Positions 1 through 15,852 of a stretch of 64,000 nt of DNA are shown here, piece after piece. Origin of the DNA: a virus (Duplodnaviria > Caudoviricetes); IMG/VR virus record IMGVR_UViG_3300046787_000508, positions 96,001-160,000 of that record; one strand, given 5' to 3'. The position numbers and the translations under genes are program-made. A model generated the notes under the pieces. That model was not told the DNA's origin and did no database searches. It saw only the letters and a program-made list of their open reading frames with translations. Numbering within the stretch: the stretch's first letter is position 1; every line of letters begins with the position of its first letter.

Positions 1-332
1 ATTTTTAAATCTTCTAATTGTTTAATATAAACGGATATCTGCATGTTACCAGGTTCAAGATATCTCATAGTACCATTTTTATATGAACTATTTTTTGATT
101 CTTCTATTTTAACTAATCCGTTAAATTCAATTGGTGGGAAATACTTTATCTCGTCTTTCCCAACTTCACCATAAACATCGTCTATGTCGGACTTTGACCT
201 ATCCACTCGGTAAAGAACAAGTTTCATGTTCAAATCACCATGTAGGTATTCTTGTCCCATTTCTATTTGTAGGTCAAAATCCTCCTGTGAGAAGAATTTA
301 GACATTCTTGTAATTGGTAGTTTATTGTCCAT
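1..332 (-). CDS. Partial neck/head-completion protein (gp14-like), runs off left edge; absent from ORF track
   Basis: Manual translation from ATG at 332: MDNKLPITRMSKFFSQEDFDLQIEMGQEYLHGDLNMKLVLYRVDRSKSDIDDVYGEV...; open to the window edge; TATTTAT motif just upstream. The function is inferred from family recall. Confidence 0.6.
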   Translation of the reverse strand, partial: MDNKLPITRMSKFFSQEDFDLQIEMGQEYLHGDLNMKLVLYRVDRSKSDIDDVYGEVGKDEIKYFPPIEFNGLVKIEESKNSSYKNGTMRYLEPGNMQISVYIKQLEDLK

Positions 333-381
333 ATCTCTTATAAATAGTTTAATTATTCAATCTAATTATTTATATTTTAAT

Positions 382-2133
382 ATGGAAACAAAAATCCCTG
401 AAATTGAGGCAAGAACTATCTTATCAACATACGAAGGTTCAAACAACCAACTATTGGATTGGAAGAGAAAATTCGTAGAAGTTAAGAATTTCAAATTAAC
501 AAGACCTCAGGCAGAATATGTACTAAAGTATCATGAAGTGACTCCAAAGGTTGCTCGAAAATATATCAATATTGTTAACACGTTTGGTGAGAAATTAATG
601 GAAGATAAATTACTCCCGTTACCTCCAACCAAAATATGGTGTGAGAAGTTGTTATGTGACACAGATAAGGCGTTCCACATTTGGGGGAAAATCTTAGATA
701 GTGAGAATTTGAGTGCAATGTGGTTACCTAAAGCTGCCGTAGTACAAGAAGAAAAGAAACTAAATCGAATCATCGATTATACCAAATACGATGAGAGACC
801 ACCAATGGACCACCAGAAGGTCGCCATTGAGAAGTTATTGGCAAATGATAAGTTTATACTTGCGGATGATATGGGTCTCGGAAAAACGACCTCAGCGGTT
901 ATTGCGTCGATTGAGTCTAACGTTAAGAAAGTATTAATTGTTTGTCCGGCTTCTTTGAAGATAAATTGGAAACGAGAGATTGCTAATTATTCAGATAAGA
1001 AGGTGTTAATTGTGGAAGGACGTAAATGGGGGTCAACTTTTGATTATTACATCATTAATTACGATATCATTAAAAATTATCACACCACAGATAAAAGTGA
1101 GGATAGTGACGATTATAAATTGTTAGTTAATGAAAAGTTCGATTTGGCAATTGTGGATGAAGCACATTATATTTCAAACGCAACCGCTAATAGAACACGA
1201 TTACTTAATGATGTACTTGAACAGATACCACGTGTTTGGTTATTAACAGGTACACCTATGACATCACGACCTATTAACTATTTTAACCTTTTAAAGATTG
1301 TTGAATCACCGTTAACTTTGAATTGGCAATCATATGTTCGTAGATATTGTAAAGGATACCAATTTAATGTTGGTACTCGCAAAGTGTGGAACACCAGTGG
1401 TGCAAGTAATTTAGATGAACTTCGTGAAAGAACAAAGAATCTTGTTCTACGAAGAATGAAGACTGACATTCTTGATTTACCTGAAAAAATTGTAACACCT
1501 GTATTTGTTGAATTGACAAGTAAGATGTATGATGAGGAATTGGAGGATTTTACACGTATTACTAACGATAAGAAAGAAGATGAAACCATTACAGTAACAT
1601 TAAATCGTTTAATGAAAATTAGACAACTTATTGCTTACGAAAAAATTCCATATACTTGTGAGTTAATTGATAGATGTCTTGAACAAGGTAAAAAAGTAAT
1701 TGTACTTACTAACTTCACAATGTCGTTAGATATGTTACATGAAAAATATAAAAAGAATTCAGTTACGTTGGATGGTCGTATGTCAAAAGATAAAAGACAG
1801 GAAAATGTTGATAGATTCCAAACTGACGATAAGATAAAAGTTTTTATTGGTAACATTAAAGCTGCCGGTGTTGGTATTACCTTAACTGCAGCAGAAGTTG
1901 TTATTATGAATGACTTATCGTTTGTACCCGCCGACCACGCACAAGGGGAAGATAGAGCTTATAGATATGGACAAAAAAACAGTGTCCTCGTTTACTATCC
2001 TGTATTTGAGAACACTGTTGAGAAAATTATTTATAATATCTTACAGAAAAAGAAAAACGTCATCGACCAAGTGATGGGTGACGGTGAATATTCTGAATCG
2101 TTCAGTAAAGATTTACTTAAACAACTCCTTTAA
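382..2133 (+). CDS. SNF2/SWI2-family (HARP/SMARCAL1-like) helicase
   Basis: LADDMGLGKT Walker A, IVDEAH motif II, LTGTP motif III, AAGVGITL and QGEDRAYRYGQ motifs V/VI. Start moved from 226 to ATG 382 because the extension overlaps the opposite-strand gene. Confidence 0.93.
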   Translation: METKIPEIEARTILSTYEGSNNQLLDWKRKFVEVKNFKLTRPQAEYVLKYHEVTPKVARKYINIVNTFGEKLMEDKLLPLPPTKIWCEKLLCDTDKAFHIWGKILDSENLSAMWLPKAAVVQEEKKLNRIIDYTKYDERPPMDHQKVAIEKLLANDKFILADDMGLGKTTSAVIASIESNVKKVLIVCPASLKINWKREIANYSDKKVLIVEGRKWGSTFDYYIINYDIIKNYHTTDKSEDSDDYKLLVNEKFDLAIVDEAHYISNATANRTRLLNDVLEQIPRVWLLTGTPMTSRPINYFNLLKIVESPLTLNWQSYVRRYCKGYQFNVGTRKVWNTSGASNLDELRERTKNLVLRRMKTDILDLPEKIVTPVFVELTSKMYDEELEDFTRITNDKKEDETITVTLNRLMKIRQLIAYEKIPYTCELIDRCLEQGKKVIVLTNFTMSLDMLHEKYKKNSVTLDGRMSKDKRQENVDRFQTDDKIKVFIGNIKAAGVGITLTAAEVVIMNDLSFVPADHAQGEDRAYRYGQKNSVLVYYPVFENTVEKIIYNILQKKKNVIDQVMGDGEYSESFSKDLLKQLL

Positions 2134-3138
2134 TTCGTTAATTTTATTACTTAATAGGGTCTCAAGTTCTTTGTCTTCATAATCGACAAAGTTTATTGAG
2201 ACCTTTTTTTTCTCGTCATCGTAGACAACACTATTTTTCTCTTCTTCTTTCTTTAAAACAAATTCTATATTATTTTTTCCACAAAGAGTTAATAGTTCAG
2301 TTAATTTTTGAGGTATTGGCATGTTTTTAGTTTTGTTATATTTTATATTTTCTTTATTAACCTTAATAACATTACCGACCTTTTTTAGTGTAGGTACATT
2401 TTCAAAAAAAACAACTGAAGTCATTTTTTCCATTGTGTTAATGTTACCATAACCGTAATAATCGGCATCATATGTTAAATCATTTGGAGAACCTGTTATG
2501 TTGAATTCGTCCCCTATCTCTACGCAACGACCACTCTTTATTTGCATTGTCTTAAACTCCCCATTTGGTAATTTAAAACTTAAATCAACCCCATTCATAT
2601 CACCACCATCACCATCTTCAAATGTAAATTCAACGTCAGTCACCTCACCAAATGAATCTTTTAAGGATTGTATTACAGAAATCACAGTTAGGTTCCCATT
2701 GTTCCACGACCTTTGACATTTAACTCTTAATTCTTTTAAATATTTATCGGTTCTCTCATTTGTAAAAATTAAATCAAAGAATTGGTCTATAAACCCCCAC
2801 ATTTTTTTTGCGTTATATTCGTGATAATCAATGTTACCAAACTCAATAAACATATCGGGGTCATATTTTGTTGCCCAATTATAAAAAGATAAACAACAAT
2901 TAGGGTGCGTATTGATTCTATTTGTCCACGACCATAAGTTGTCATCATTAATGTGTCCCATTTTTTTACTATCACTCGGATTTGGTCTCCATTTATTTAA
3001 AGGTTTAAAATGTTTTTCAAAACATTTCTGAGCTCCATTAAAATAATGAGCTTTCCAACCCCTCCCATTCATCCAACCTTGGTCAAAAAGATATTGAATA
3101 TCGGAATAGGTTACAATAGTTTTAGTAGTATTTTCCAT
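2113..3138 (-). CDS. Hypothetical protein with PD-(D/E)xK nuclease-like motif
   Basis: GDMNGVDLSF...TMQIKSG resembles a D...QxK restriction-endonuclease-like core. The track start at 3165 is TTG; ATG 3138 is preferred. Confidence 0.45.
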   Translation of the reverse strand: MENTTKTIVTYSDIQYLFDQGWMNGRGWKAHYFNGAQKCFEKHFKPLNKWRPNPSDSKKMGHINDDNLWSWTNRINTHPNCCLSFYNWATKYDPDMFIEFGNIDYHEYNAKKMWGFIDQFFDLIFTNERTDKYLKELRVKCQRSWNNGNLTVISVIQSLKDSFGEVTDVEFTFEDGDGGDMNGVDLSFKLPNGEFKTMQIKSGRCVEIGDEFNITGSPNDLTYDADYYGYGNINTMEKMTSVVFFENVPTLKKVGNVIKVNKENIKYNKTKNMPIPQKLTELLTLCGKNNIEFVLKKEEEKNSVVYDDEKKKVSINFVDYEDKELETLLSNKINELKELFK

Positions 3139-3198
3139 TTTACCAATATACTTAAAATTTTCCAAAATTCATAATTGAAACTGAGATATTTATCAAAT

Positions 3199-4311
3199 AT
3201 GAGCGCAACAATTATAACCCAAGAACAAAAAGATAAACTATACACTCAGGTTTTTCACCTATTAGGTATGCCAGTTCGTGGTATAGAACTTACCGAAGAA
3301 CAAATGGACACATTTTTAGAATTGTCCTTATCGGAATATGAACAATACGTTAGTGATTGGTTAATCGAATCTCAATGGTCAGCATTGGCGGGATTAGATG
3401 TCGATACTCAATCTTTAACCCGTGCGTTTACTACAAGAAGTTTAGATTATGAAACACAATATTCGTATTCGTATTCTAAAATTGTAGGATTACAAGCCGG
3501 TGGAGATAATGAAATGAAAAAAGATTTTATTGAGTTATCAGGTAATACACAAACTTATGTAATTCCTGCAGGACGTGAAATAAATGAACTTTTATGGTTC
3601 ACACGTGCTGAGTTATCCGATTCCATTGTTGACCCATTCTTAGGTGGATTTGGTGGTCTTGGTGGTGTTGGTTTTGGTGGTGTTGGTGGATTTGCTCAAG
3701 TAGGTTCTTCAGGTTCATACTTTATGTTACCAGCATTTGACCTTTTATTAAGGATGCAAGATAGAAACATTAAAAACCGTTTAATTGGTGGGGAATTAAC
3801 ATATAGAATAACTGCAGGTCCTAACGGAACAAAACTTGTACATCTTTATAATGTACCGGGTGGTAGATTTGATTTTGGTTCATTAAAAACCTATAGAGTT
3901 TGGTATTGGTATTATCCAACAACCGATAGAGATACTTGTCTTGATAAAAACAAAGACGTAATTAAATTACCTTCAGATGTTGAAACAGAGGAATTGACAT
4001 GGGATAGTTTAAATAAACCGGCGCAAAACTGGGTTAGAAAATATCTTATTGCTTATTCTAAAGAAGGATTGGGACGTATTTGGGGTAAATTCTCAGGTGA
4101 GTTACAAGTTCCTGATAGTTCAGTTAAATTAGATTACACGTCATTATTAACTGAGGGTAAAGATGAGAAGTTAAAACTAATCGAAGAATTAACACAACGA
4201 TTAGAGAGACTCCGCCCTGAAAAAATTCTTGAAAGAAAAGGTGCAGAAGCGGAGAATCTAAACAAATCGTTGAAGTATAGACCTATGGTCTCTCCATTTA
4301 ATGTGATTTAA
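3199..4311 (+). CDS. Neck protein, T4 gp13-like
   Basis: LLGMPVRGIELTEEQMD matches the gp13 N-terminal LGxPxxxxELTxxQ pattern; ATATTTAT at 3186-3193 precedes ATG 3199. Confidence 0.75.
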   Translation: MSATIITQEQKDKLYTQVFHLLGMPVRGIELTEEQMDTFLELSLSEYEQYVSDWLIESQWSALAGLDVDTQSLTRAFTTRSLDYETQYSYSYSKIVGLQAGGDNEMKKDFIELSGNTQTYVIPAGREINELLWFTRAELSDSIVDPFLGGFGGLGGVGFGGVGGFAQVGSSGSYFMLPAFDLLLRMQDRNIKNRLIGGELTYRITAGPNGTKLVHLYNVPGGRFDFGSLKTYRVWYWYYPTTDRDTCLDKNKDVIKLPSDVETEELTWDSLNKPAQNWVRKYLIAYSKEGLGRIWGKFSGELQVPDSSVKLDYTSLLTEGKDEKLKLIEELTQRLERLRPEKILERKGAEAENLNKSLKYRPMVSPFNVI

Positions 4312-7205
4312 CCTTCCATTACGTGTAATATAAGGTCACCATTATCGTTACCGATAATTTCATCTTCATTACTAACCGTACTTTGTGCTTGTGAACGTAG
4401 AACTTTTCTATTATGTTCGACCCATGATTGGTCAACTAATTTTAAACTATCTTCTACGTACATAAAGTATGGGTCACGACCAACTTTATTCCAAAACACA
4501 ACCTCACTATCTGAAAGTGTCATTACCTCATCGAATTTATCTTGACCACTTTCTTTTAATGGGTATCCATTTACTAACTCACATTGTGATTTGGTAAAAT
4601 ATTGTCGGTCTTTCGGGTCCTCAATTAAGATATCTTCTCTAATTTCAGGATTAAATGCAACTAATAATGGTTCCACACGTTTATTGAAGTTATTAAGATA
4701 ACGTGCAACATTATAATCACCCTTTAAATCAGGATTGTCCACGATATCTTTTTCAGGAATCATATAACAACTAATCTCGATGTAATTCTCAGGTATTTGT
4801 GTCCCGAATTTATTTAAATAATCTTCTTGTTGTTTCTTAGTTGGTTTTGTAATTCTCTGTACGTCACCTGATGATTTCTTAGTACCATTATTAATGTAGT
4901 AGATTGTATCACCTAAACCTGCAGGATAATCATTTTGTAAGATTAATTCCATATGTGCTTGACGAGACATTAAAGAACCTGACTTTGTTGTCTTCTGAAT
5001 GTGTTTTTTATAATCATTAACAGATTGTTTAACACGTGCTTTGTTTGCTATTTTAGAAAGTGGAATTTCTTTATTGTAGATTTTCTCCACATAATCGTAG
5101 TACAATTCTAAAAACGATAAACCATCACCATTTAATAAATGTTTTAATCCTTCATCTAAGAATTCAACAACATATGTCTGTAATTTTTTTGACTTAATAG
5201 TATTACCTGTCAATTTAATTTTCTCCTTACCTTTCTTAACTAATTTAATGATATAGTTTTTACGAGATACGTTAATACAAGACGGTGCGGTGTAGTCAAT
5301 ATCTAACCCCATTTCATTTCTCATGAATATGTCGTTAAATTCTGCGGTGTCCGCTTCAATACCGTGATATTCCTTACCCTCAATAACTAACTCATTTAAA
5401 CCTTTACCTATGTAAACTGTATCCTTTGCACTTTCAGGTGTTTCAAAGTTCACACCGTCCGTATCCATTACAAGAGGTTTATAACCTTTCTTCATGTAGA
5501 ACATAATCATCATACGTAAACATTGACGACCTATACATGTAATTGTTTCACCTGAATCCATTTCTCCCCATGGGAATACGTGTGGTGCGGATAATGAACC
5601 AAAATAAGCATTAATAAAGATTTTAATCGGTAACTGTTTACGGTCATACATTTCCGCAGCAACAGGGTCACTATCTTTTAATTCACTTGCAAGGTGTTTA
5701 TACTTAATACGAATGTTACGGAAATATTTTAACATCGATTTTTGAACACTCATAACATCACAGTCAGGGAAAACATCATACACAAGTTGTATTGATGGAT
5801 AAAGTGATGAGTAGTCAAACTTAACAATGTTCTTAGCGTAACCAACATTTAATAAACGAGACAAACCACCCGTAAATGGTCTCTTCTCATCTTTTGCAGG
5901 GATTGCTAAATTATTCTCGTATGACCACGCCAACATGATTAATTTCCACAATGTTGCAGTACCCATTGTTGCAATTCTTTCGTATGTTGTCGGTACAAGT
6001 TTAGAAAGTAAAAAAGTAGATTGAGAGAATGAATCGTCAACGACCATTGTCTCGAACAAGTCATCGTCAAGATATTGTTCAACTATTTTTCTACCTGTCC
6101 ATATTTCAAATTTACCCGGAAATCTTTCTAATAGATTTTCGGTACCAGGTTCACCAATCTTTTTATAACCACCCGTTTTTGGATTAACATAATAACTTTC
6201 ATTATCGAGATAAATTTTTGAAATTTGGTTACCCTCAACGTATACACGATTCTGTTTCTCCTTTTCCAAATACTTTGTGATATATTTCAATCCCCATGAT
6301 TTAATTTCAGAGTTAATTGCTTGAGCTCTACGAACCGAATGTGCGATATCTATAATGTTAAATCCCCAAATGACGTGTTGAGTATAGTCCTCAATTTCAT
6401 TTGCCAATTTTAACATTCCTTTCTTTTCTTTAATGCCCGTCGAAGTATATATTTGAGTTGCACCGTTAACGTCAACACCTAAAATCTGTGCTCGTCTTAA
6501 TATAAACGGCCAGTCAAAGAATGCGGAGTTATAACCTGCAACAATGGTCGGTTTTAATTGTCTGATGTGTTGAAAAAATCTTTCGATACATTCTTTTTCA
6601 CCATCCTCACCAAACGCAGATATTGTCTCATTTAAACCACGGTTATCCTTAACTCCAATCAAGATGATTTTACAAGTCTCAGGGTCTAAACCTGTGGTCT
6701 CAATATCGAATACAAATCGATAAACACCATCGTAATCGTCAATACCTTTGAATAATCTTTTCTTTGTTTGAACGAGATACTGTTCTACGGGTGTTAATAT
6801 TGTGAAGTGTTTTCTAACTTCTTCTCCCCATGGGTCTAATCCACCTTGTTTGAAGAAATTAATTAAATCGGTATAACTCTTGATACTTTTTACCAAGTAT
6901 TTCATACCTCTTTCAAGTCGGTCATTACCTTGAGTTTCTAATTTCTCAATTATGATACCGTACTTACCCATCATTCGTTTTTGGGTTTGTTTTGAACCTT
7001 GGTAAAAATTTAGTTCGGATAAGTCACCGACCCATAAAAATGGAATAAAGGAATCCGTTTTTACAATTTTACCCTTCTCAGGGTCCTGAATGATTTTGGA
7101 GATTGAATTGGTGGGGTAGTCGTACTCGACACCTACGATGTATTTCTCATCGTCGCCCCCATTTAGAAAGTTTTCGATAACTTCCTGAGAGATAACTTCT
7201 TTCAT
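4308..7205 (-). CDS. polB: DNA polymerase, family B, with 3'-5' exonuclease
   Basis: ExoI FDIETTG, ExoII YNSAFFDW, motif A DYSSLYPS, motif B KIFINAYFG, motif C MDTDG; no intein motifs seen. Confidence 0.96.
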   Translation of the reverse strand: MKEVISQEVIENFLNGGDDEKYIVGVEYDYPTNSISKIIQDPEKGKIVKTDSFIPFLWVGDLSELNFYQGSKQTQKRMMGKYGIIIEKLETQGNDRLERGMKYLVKSIKSYTDLINFFKQGGLDPWGEEVRKHFTILTPVEQYLVQTKKRLFKGIDDYDGVYRFVFDIETTGLDPETCKIILIGVKDNRGLNETISAFGEDGEKECIERFFQHIRQLKPTIVAGYNSAFFDWPFILRRAQILGVDVNGATQIYTSTGIKEKKGMLKLANEIEDYTQHVIWGFNIIDIAHSVRRAQAINSEIKSWGLKYITKYLEKEKQNRVYVEGNQISKIYLDNESYYVNPKTGGYKKIGEPGTENLLERFPGKFEIWTGRKIVEQYLDDDLFETMVVDDSFSQSTFLLSKLVPTTYERIATMGTATLWKLIMLAWSYENNLAIPAKDEKRPFTGGLSRLLNVGYAKNIVKFDYSSLYPSIQLVYDVFPDCDVMSVQKSMLKYFRNIRIKYKHLASELKDSDPVAAEMYDRKQLPIKIFINAYFGSLSAPHVFPWGEMDSGETITCIGRQCLRMMIMFYMKKGYKPLVMDTDGVNFETPESAKDTVYIGKGLNELVIEGKEYHGIEADTAEFNDIFMRNEMGLDIDYTAPSCINVSRKNYIIKLVKKGKEKIKLTGNTIKSKKLQTYVVEFLDEGLKHLLNGDGLSFLELYYDYVEKIYNKEIPLSKIANKARVKQSVNDYKKHIQKTTKSGSLMSRQAHMELILQNDYPAGLGDTIYYINNGTKKSSGDVQRITKPTKKQQEDYLNKFGTQIPENYIEISCYMIPEKDIVDNPDLKGDYNVARYLNNFNKRVEPLLVAFNPEIREDILIEDPKDRQYFTKSQCELVNGYPLKESGQDKFDEVMTLSDSEVVFWNKVGRDPYFMYVEDSLKLVDQSWVEHNRKVLRSQAQSTVSNEDEIIGNDNGDLILHVMEG

Positions 7206-7301
7206 GTTAGATATTAATTAAGTTTGACGTATTAGCTTACCAATATGGTAATTTGTCTTTGTTTCCTTAATAATATAAACAAAAAAAGTTATAATACCAA
7301 A

Positions 7302-7670
7302 TTAGATAATGTTAATGTATAACTTTTCTCTAATCGGTAGTATTAATTTTGTGGTTGGTTGTGAATCGGTATCTAAAAATTGAATGGTAATTTTACCTTC
7401 GAACTTACCAATTTCAAATGTCTGTTCTTCGGTAAATCTATACGTAATATAATATTCATCAGTTGTTTGGTCATATAACTTAGTTCTTGTTGTTAACAAA
7501 CATTGACCATTAAGTATATGTGCAATTCCGGTTTTTTGTTCAACCATCTCAAATGTTATATTAGAATTTTCTAACATATCATTGAAAGATGATTTATCGT
7601 TTTTACCGTCATCGATTAGTCTCATTTTTAAAATTGGGTCAGATGCCCCTTGTCGTATAAAGAATTCCAT
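7302..7670 (-). CDS. Virion/baseplate protein (BppU N-terminal-like beta-sandwich)
   Basis: FFIRQG..PIL...ITF.M...Y.F...T...G.F.G.I.I.F...LP pattern; lies within a structural gene run. Confidence 0.5.
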   Translation of the reverse strand: MEFFIRQGASDPILKMRLIDDGKNDKSSFNDMLENSNITFEMVEQKTGIAHILNGQCLLTTRTKLYDQTTDEYYITYRFTEEQTFEIGKFEGKITIQFLDTDSQPTTKLILPIREKLYINII

Positions 7671-7673
7671 ATG

Positions 7674-8510
7674 TTATGTTAATCTAATTAAAATGTGACT
7701 TCCACTTCTATAAAGTCCACCTAATGGTACATTACCAGCTTCCGCCTCAGAATCGTTTGCAAAATTTAAACTTGACGAAACCTCAGATAATACAACAAAT
7801 CCATTTGTGGTTAGGTTTTGTGTTACATCTAAATTATTTAATAAATTAACACTCCCACTGAATTCGTATTGATAACCTTCACTAACGTTAACCGTATTAA
7901 ACCCAACTACACCTGAACCACTAATATGTATTTGAGGGTTTTCCCATCTATTTTGTGAAAATAAATTTAAATTGGCGGGATGAGAAGGTCCACCGACTGT
8001 ACCAACATATAAATCTTTACCTACATTCAATAGATACGAATCATTCGCATAACCAACATACCCACCGGTATATTGACTTGAATTTATCCCCAAATCTACG
8101 TAATGTATGAATTCAGTACCATTATCCGCCGTAACCACAATGTCGGCACTTGCATTTGAACCACTATTAGTGTTTTGTAGATTGATTTGAGTATATGCAT
8201 AATGGTTACCACTAAAATGTGCAACATTATAACTACCACTATTCTCAACATGTAATATTTCGGGATTGTTAGTGTGAGTAATACCCGAACCAACCACAAC
8301 CTGATTCTTAAATGTTGATGAACTTGAAACAAATAACGTACCTTGTATTGTTTGGTTACCACTAAAGGTATGTGAACCACTATCCACTAAAACGGTTCTA
8401 AGGGTACCCAATGACGACTTATAGGTTTGACTACCATCGTCATAGATTGTGTACCCCGTTAAACTTGGGTTAGTTGTTCCCGAAAAATCCTTTATATATT
8501 TGTTTGGCAT
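7674..8510 (-). CDS. Tail fibre-like virion protein
   Basis: G/S/T/N-rich beta composition; ends in a typical fibre motif FANDSEA..GNVPLGGLYRSG. Confidence 0.55.
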   Translation of the reverse strand: MPNKYIKDFSGTTNPSLTGYTIYDDGSQTYKSSLGTLRTVLVDSGSHTFSGNQTIQGTLFVSSSSTFKNQVVVGSGITHTNNPEILHVENSGSYNVAHFSGNHYAYTQINLQNTNSGSNASADIVVTADNGTEFIHYVDLGINSSQYTGGYVGYANDSYLLNVGKDLYVGTVGGPSHPANLNLFSQNRWENPQIHISGSGVVGFNTVNVSEGYQYEFSGSVNLLNNLDVTQNLTTNGFVVLSEVSSSLNFANDSEAEAGNVPLGGLYRSGSHILIRLT

Positions 8511-8512
8511 TA

Positions 8513-8755
8513 TTACTTAATTGTTAAAATAAATTGGTTACCTGATTTAATTGGTGCTGTTTCACCTTCTTTCAATTCACTAGACATATAAAAGAATTGC
8601 TCTTTTACAATTTCGTGTGGAAATTTGATTTCTTCTTTAACCGCATTCTTAATGTTTTCAATTGTTAATGGTTCATCAACATTGAATGTCTTGCGGTATC
8701 TTTTTATTTTTTCTTCGTTCTTAACGATTAAAACCTCTAAATTAAATGATTTCAT
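8513..8755 (-). CDS. Hypothetical protein (80 aa)
   Basis: ORF tightly packed in a co-directional run. Confidence 0.6.
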   Translation of the reverse strand: MKSFNLEVLIVKNEEKIKRYRKTFNVDEPLTIENIKNAVKEEIKFPHEIVKEQFFYMSSELKEGETAPIKSGNQFILTIK

Positions 8756-8783
8756 ATTTTATATTTTTTTTATTTCTTAATTA

Positions 8784-10865
8784 TTAATCATCCCACCAGA
8801 TGTAATCGTTTATTAATTGTTCACCATCATAATCATCCATTGTAACTGATGTTATTGTTTCATCACTAACTAAGAAAAACTCTTTTGTTCCTTGACCTTG
8901 GAATATAACCACAAATCTATCTTTTGCTGAATATATGTCACTCCAATTATTGTATTGTGTTGTGTAGGTGTTTAATATTGTTCCTGTAAAATCATATAAA
9001 TTTATTGTATAAACACCACCATCTGATTCGTTATATACTAACATAAACTTATCTTTCCCAACTGACATATTGTAATTATAATATTCTGGAATAGTAAACT
9101 CTGAACTAATTCCACTATTAGTTAAAACTCTACAGTTTAATCCACCTTCAGACCATAATACCATATTACTTGGGGTTAAGAATGTAGATGTGAAATAATC
9201 ATTTGGTGTACTAATTTGATTGTAATGTGTTGTTGATGTAAACCCAGTACTTCCACTATAAACATAATATGCATGATTAGTAGTAGACGAATCAGTATAA
9301 CGTAAATAAAATACATCGCCGTTACTAGTCATATTGTAAGCATAATTTGAATATAATATCGGGTCTAAACTATCAAGAATTGTTCCGTCGTTACCAATTA
9401 AATTGAAGAACATATCTATTCCGCTGTTTGTACTGTAAGATGTTACAAGTCTATCTCCCATTGAGTAATAATTGGTGTCGGTTATACCTGAAACTGGTTC
9501 AGTTAAATCTGCAATTGTTACACCACTTATTGTAATTGTTATCACACCTAATGTGTTACCTGTTGTTTCGCAGAATGATTTATAAGTGTTACCAAGATTA
9601 CCCCACGTTGCCACCGTTCTATTTGCACCATTTGTCACAGAATAAGTTGTAAATCCGGTTTGGTTATTCAACATATAAACATAGTCGAAATAATCACATT
9701 GCGGTCCCAAATTACTGTATCCAACTTCGTTATATAATGAAATTACAACACTACCATCGACACTGCTATCAGGCCAATAACTTTCGTCACCATTTATGTT
9801 AATAGCATCATAATTAGAACCTCTAACGTGAGTTGTTTCAGTTAAAGTTCCTGTTGTACCATTGTAATGGATTATTTTATAATCGACAGCGGTATTGTCC
9901 CAATTGTAATAAACCGCACACATTCTATCTGTTCCAAGAAAACGAGCATCTACACTAGCGTATGTGTCTCCCGTAAGTGATATTGTTTCTAAAATATCAC
10001 CGTCGGTGTTATAAATTTCTAAACTTGTGTATTGATTGGTATCTTGGTCTCTAGTTTCAACGGCAATGAAATCGATAAATGGTGATATCATATGGTCAAC
10101 ATTTATACAGTCGCTCCAAGTTTTGAATGGAATAACTGTACCATCAGGTTTCATAATATATGACGCACCTGCACCATTACACGCCCATTGTCCAATTTCA
10201 TATTTTTTTACAATAATAGAACCGTCACCCATTACGGCATCATAATCCCATTCAATATCAATATTATGTGTTTCAGGATTCCAAGTGTAAGTATATAAAT
10301 CTATTCCGTTGAAATATTTTAATATACCATTATCAGCATCTTCATATGTAATCCATTTACCATCTAAACTATTAAGGTCATAACTATTTGTTGTTCCACT
10401 ATATTGACCAACAATGGCGTTCGATGCATCTGTGAATATTACGAGATTTTCGTTGCCATTGTCTCTACCTGCAAAATGATAACCATATCCTGAATCGGTT
10501 AACGGATAAAGGTTGTAGTTGTACCAATAAGTTGAGTCAATTCCTAAATCAATAACCTCAGCGGTGAAATCGTTAAAGTTTAACGTTGCTGCACCATAGT
10601 TACTCGAAGTTGTCATTCTATCTGAATGAACGAATAATTGTGTTTCAACTACCGGTTCGTCAATCGTTAACGTATACGTGTAATCATACTCGGCCAAATA
10701 GATGTTGTAAACACCATATGGATGTGATGTAATGTTATTAAAAGGGATTGTTTTAGTTCCAAGGTTTACCGTGGTACCTGATGTTGTCCCTGTATATGGT
10801 ATAAACGTTACTGTTGCCGTCTTACCACTTAAGTTCTCACTTGTTATTCTTGCTCCTATTGCCAT
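8784..10865 (-). CDS. Large beta-rich virion protein (fibre/propeller-like)
   Basis: 693 aa, T/Y/N/D-rich beta composition; GTATTTAT motif upstream (10886-10893). Confidence 0.55.
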   Translation of the reverse strand: MAIGARITSENLSGKTATVTFIPYTGTTSGTTVNLGTKTIPFNNITSHPYGVYNIYLAEYDYTYTLTIDEPVVETQLFVHSDRMTTSSNYGAATLNFNDFTAEVIDLGIDSTYWYNYNLYPLTDSGYGYHFAGRDNGNENLVIFTDASNAIVGQYSGTTNSYDLNSLDGKWITYEDADNGILKYFNGIDLYTYTWNPETHNIDIEWDYDAVMGDGSIIVKKYEIGQWACNGAGASYIMKPDGTVIPFKTWSDCINVDHMISPFIDFIAVETRDQDTNQYTSLEIYNTDGDILETISLTGDTYASVDARFLGTDRMCAVYYNWDNTAVDYKIIHYNGTTGTLTETTHVRGSNYDAININGDESYWPDSSVDGSVVISLYNEVGYSNLGPQCDYFDYVYMLNNQTGFTTYSVTNGANRTVATWGNLGNTYKSFCETTGNTLGVITITISGVTIADLTEPVSGITDTNYYSMGDRLVTSYSTNSGIDMFFNLIGNDGTILDSLDPILYSNYAYNMTSNGDVFYLRYTDSSTTNHAYYVYSGSTGFTSTTHYNQISTPNDYFTSTFLTPSNMVLWSEGGLNCRVLTNSGISSEFTIPEYYNYNMSVGKDKFMLVYNESDGGVYTINLYDFTGTILNTYTTQYNNWSDIYSAKDRFVVIFQGQGTKEFFLVSDETITSVTMDDYDGEQLINDYIWWDD

Positions 10866-10933
10866 TGTTTAATATTTTGTCTATTATAAATACTTTATTT
10901 TATTGTATCTTTTATTATTTGTTATATTTTATT

Positions 10934-15799
<4,866 letters not shown>

Positions 15800-15852
15800 G
15801 TTTATATAAATATCTTTCCCTTCGTTTGATATTTATAATAAAAGTGATTTAG

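Noticed and set aside
226-381. 52-aa N-terminal extension of the helicase in the ORF track
   Set aside because: It overlaps the minus-strand neck gene and its promoter; ATG 382 gives a normal start.
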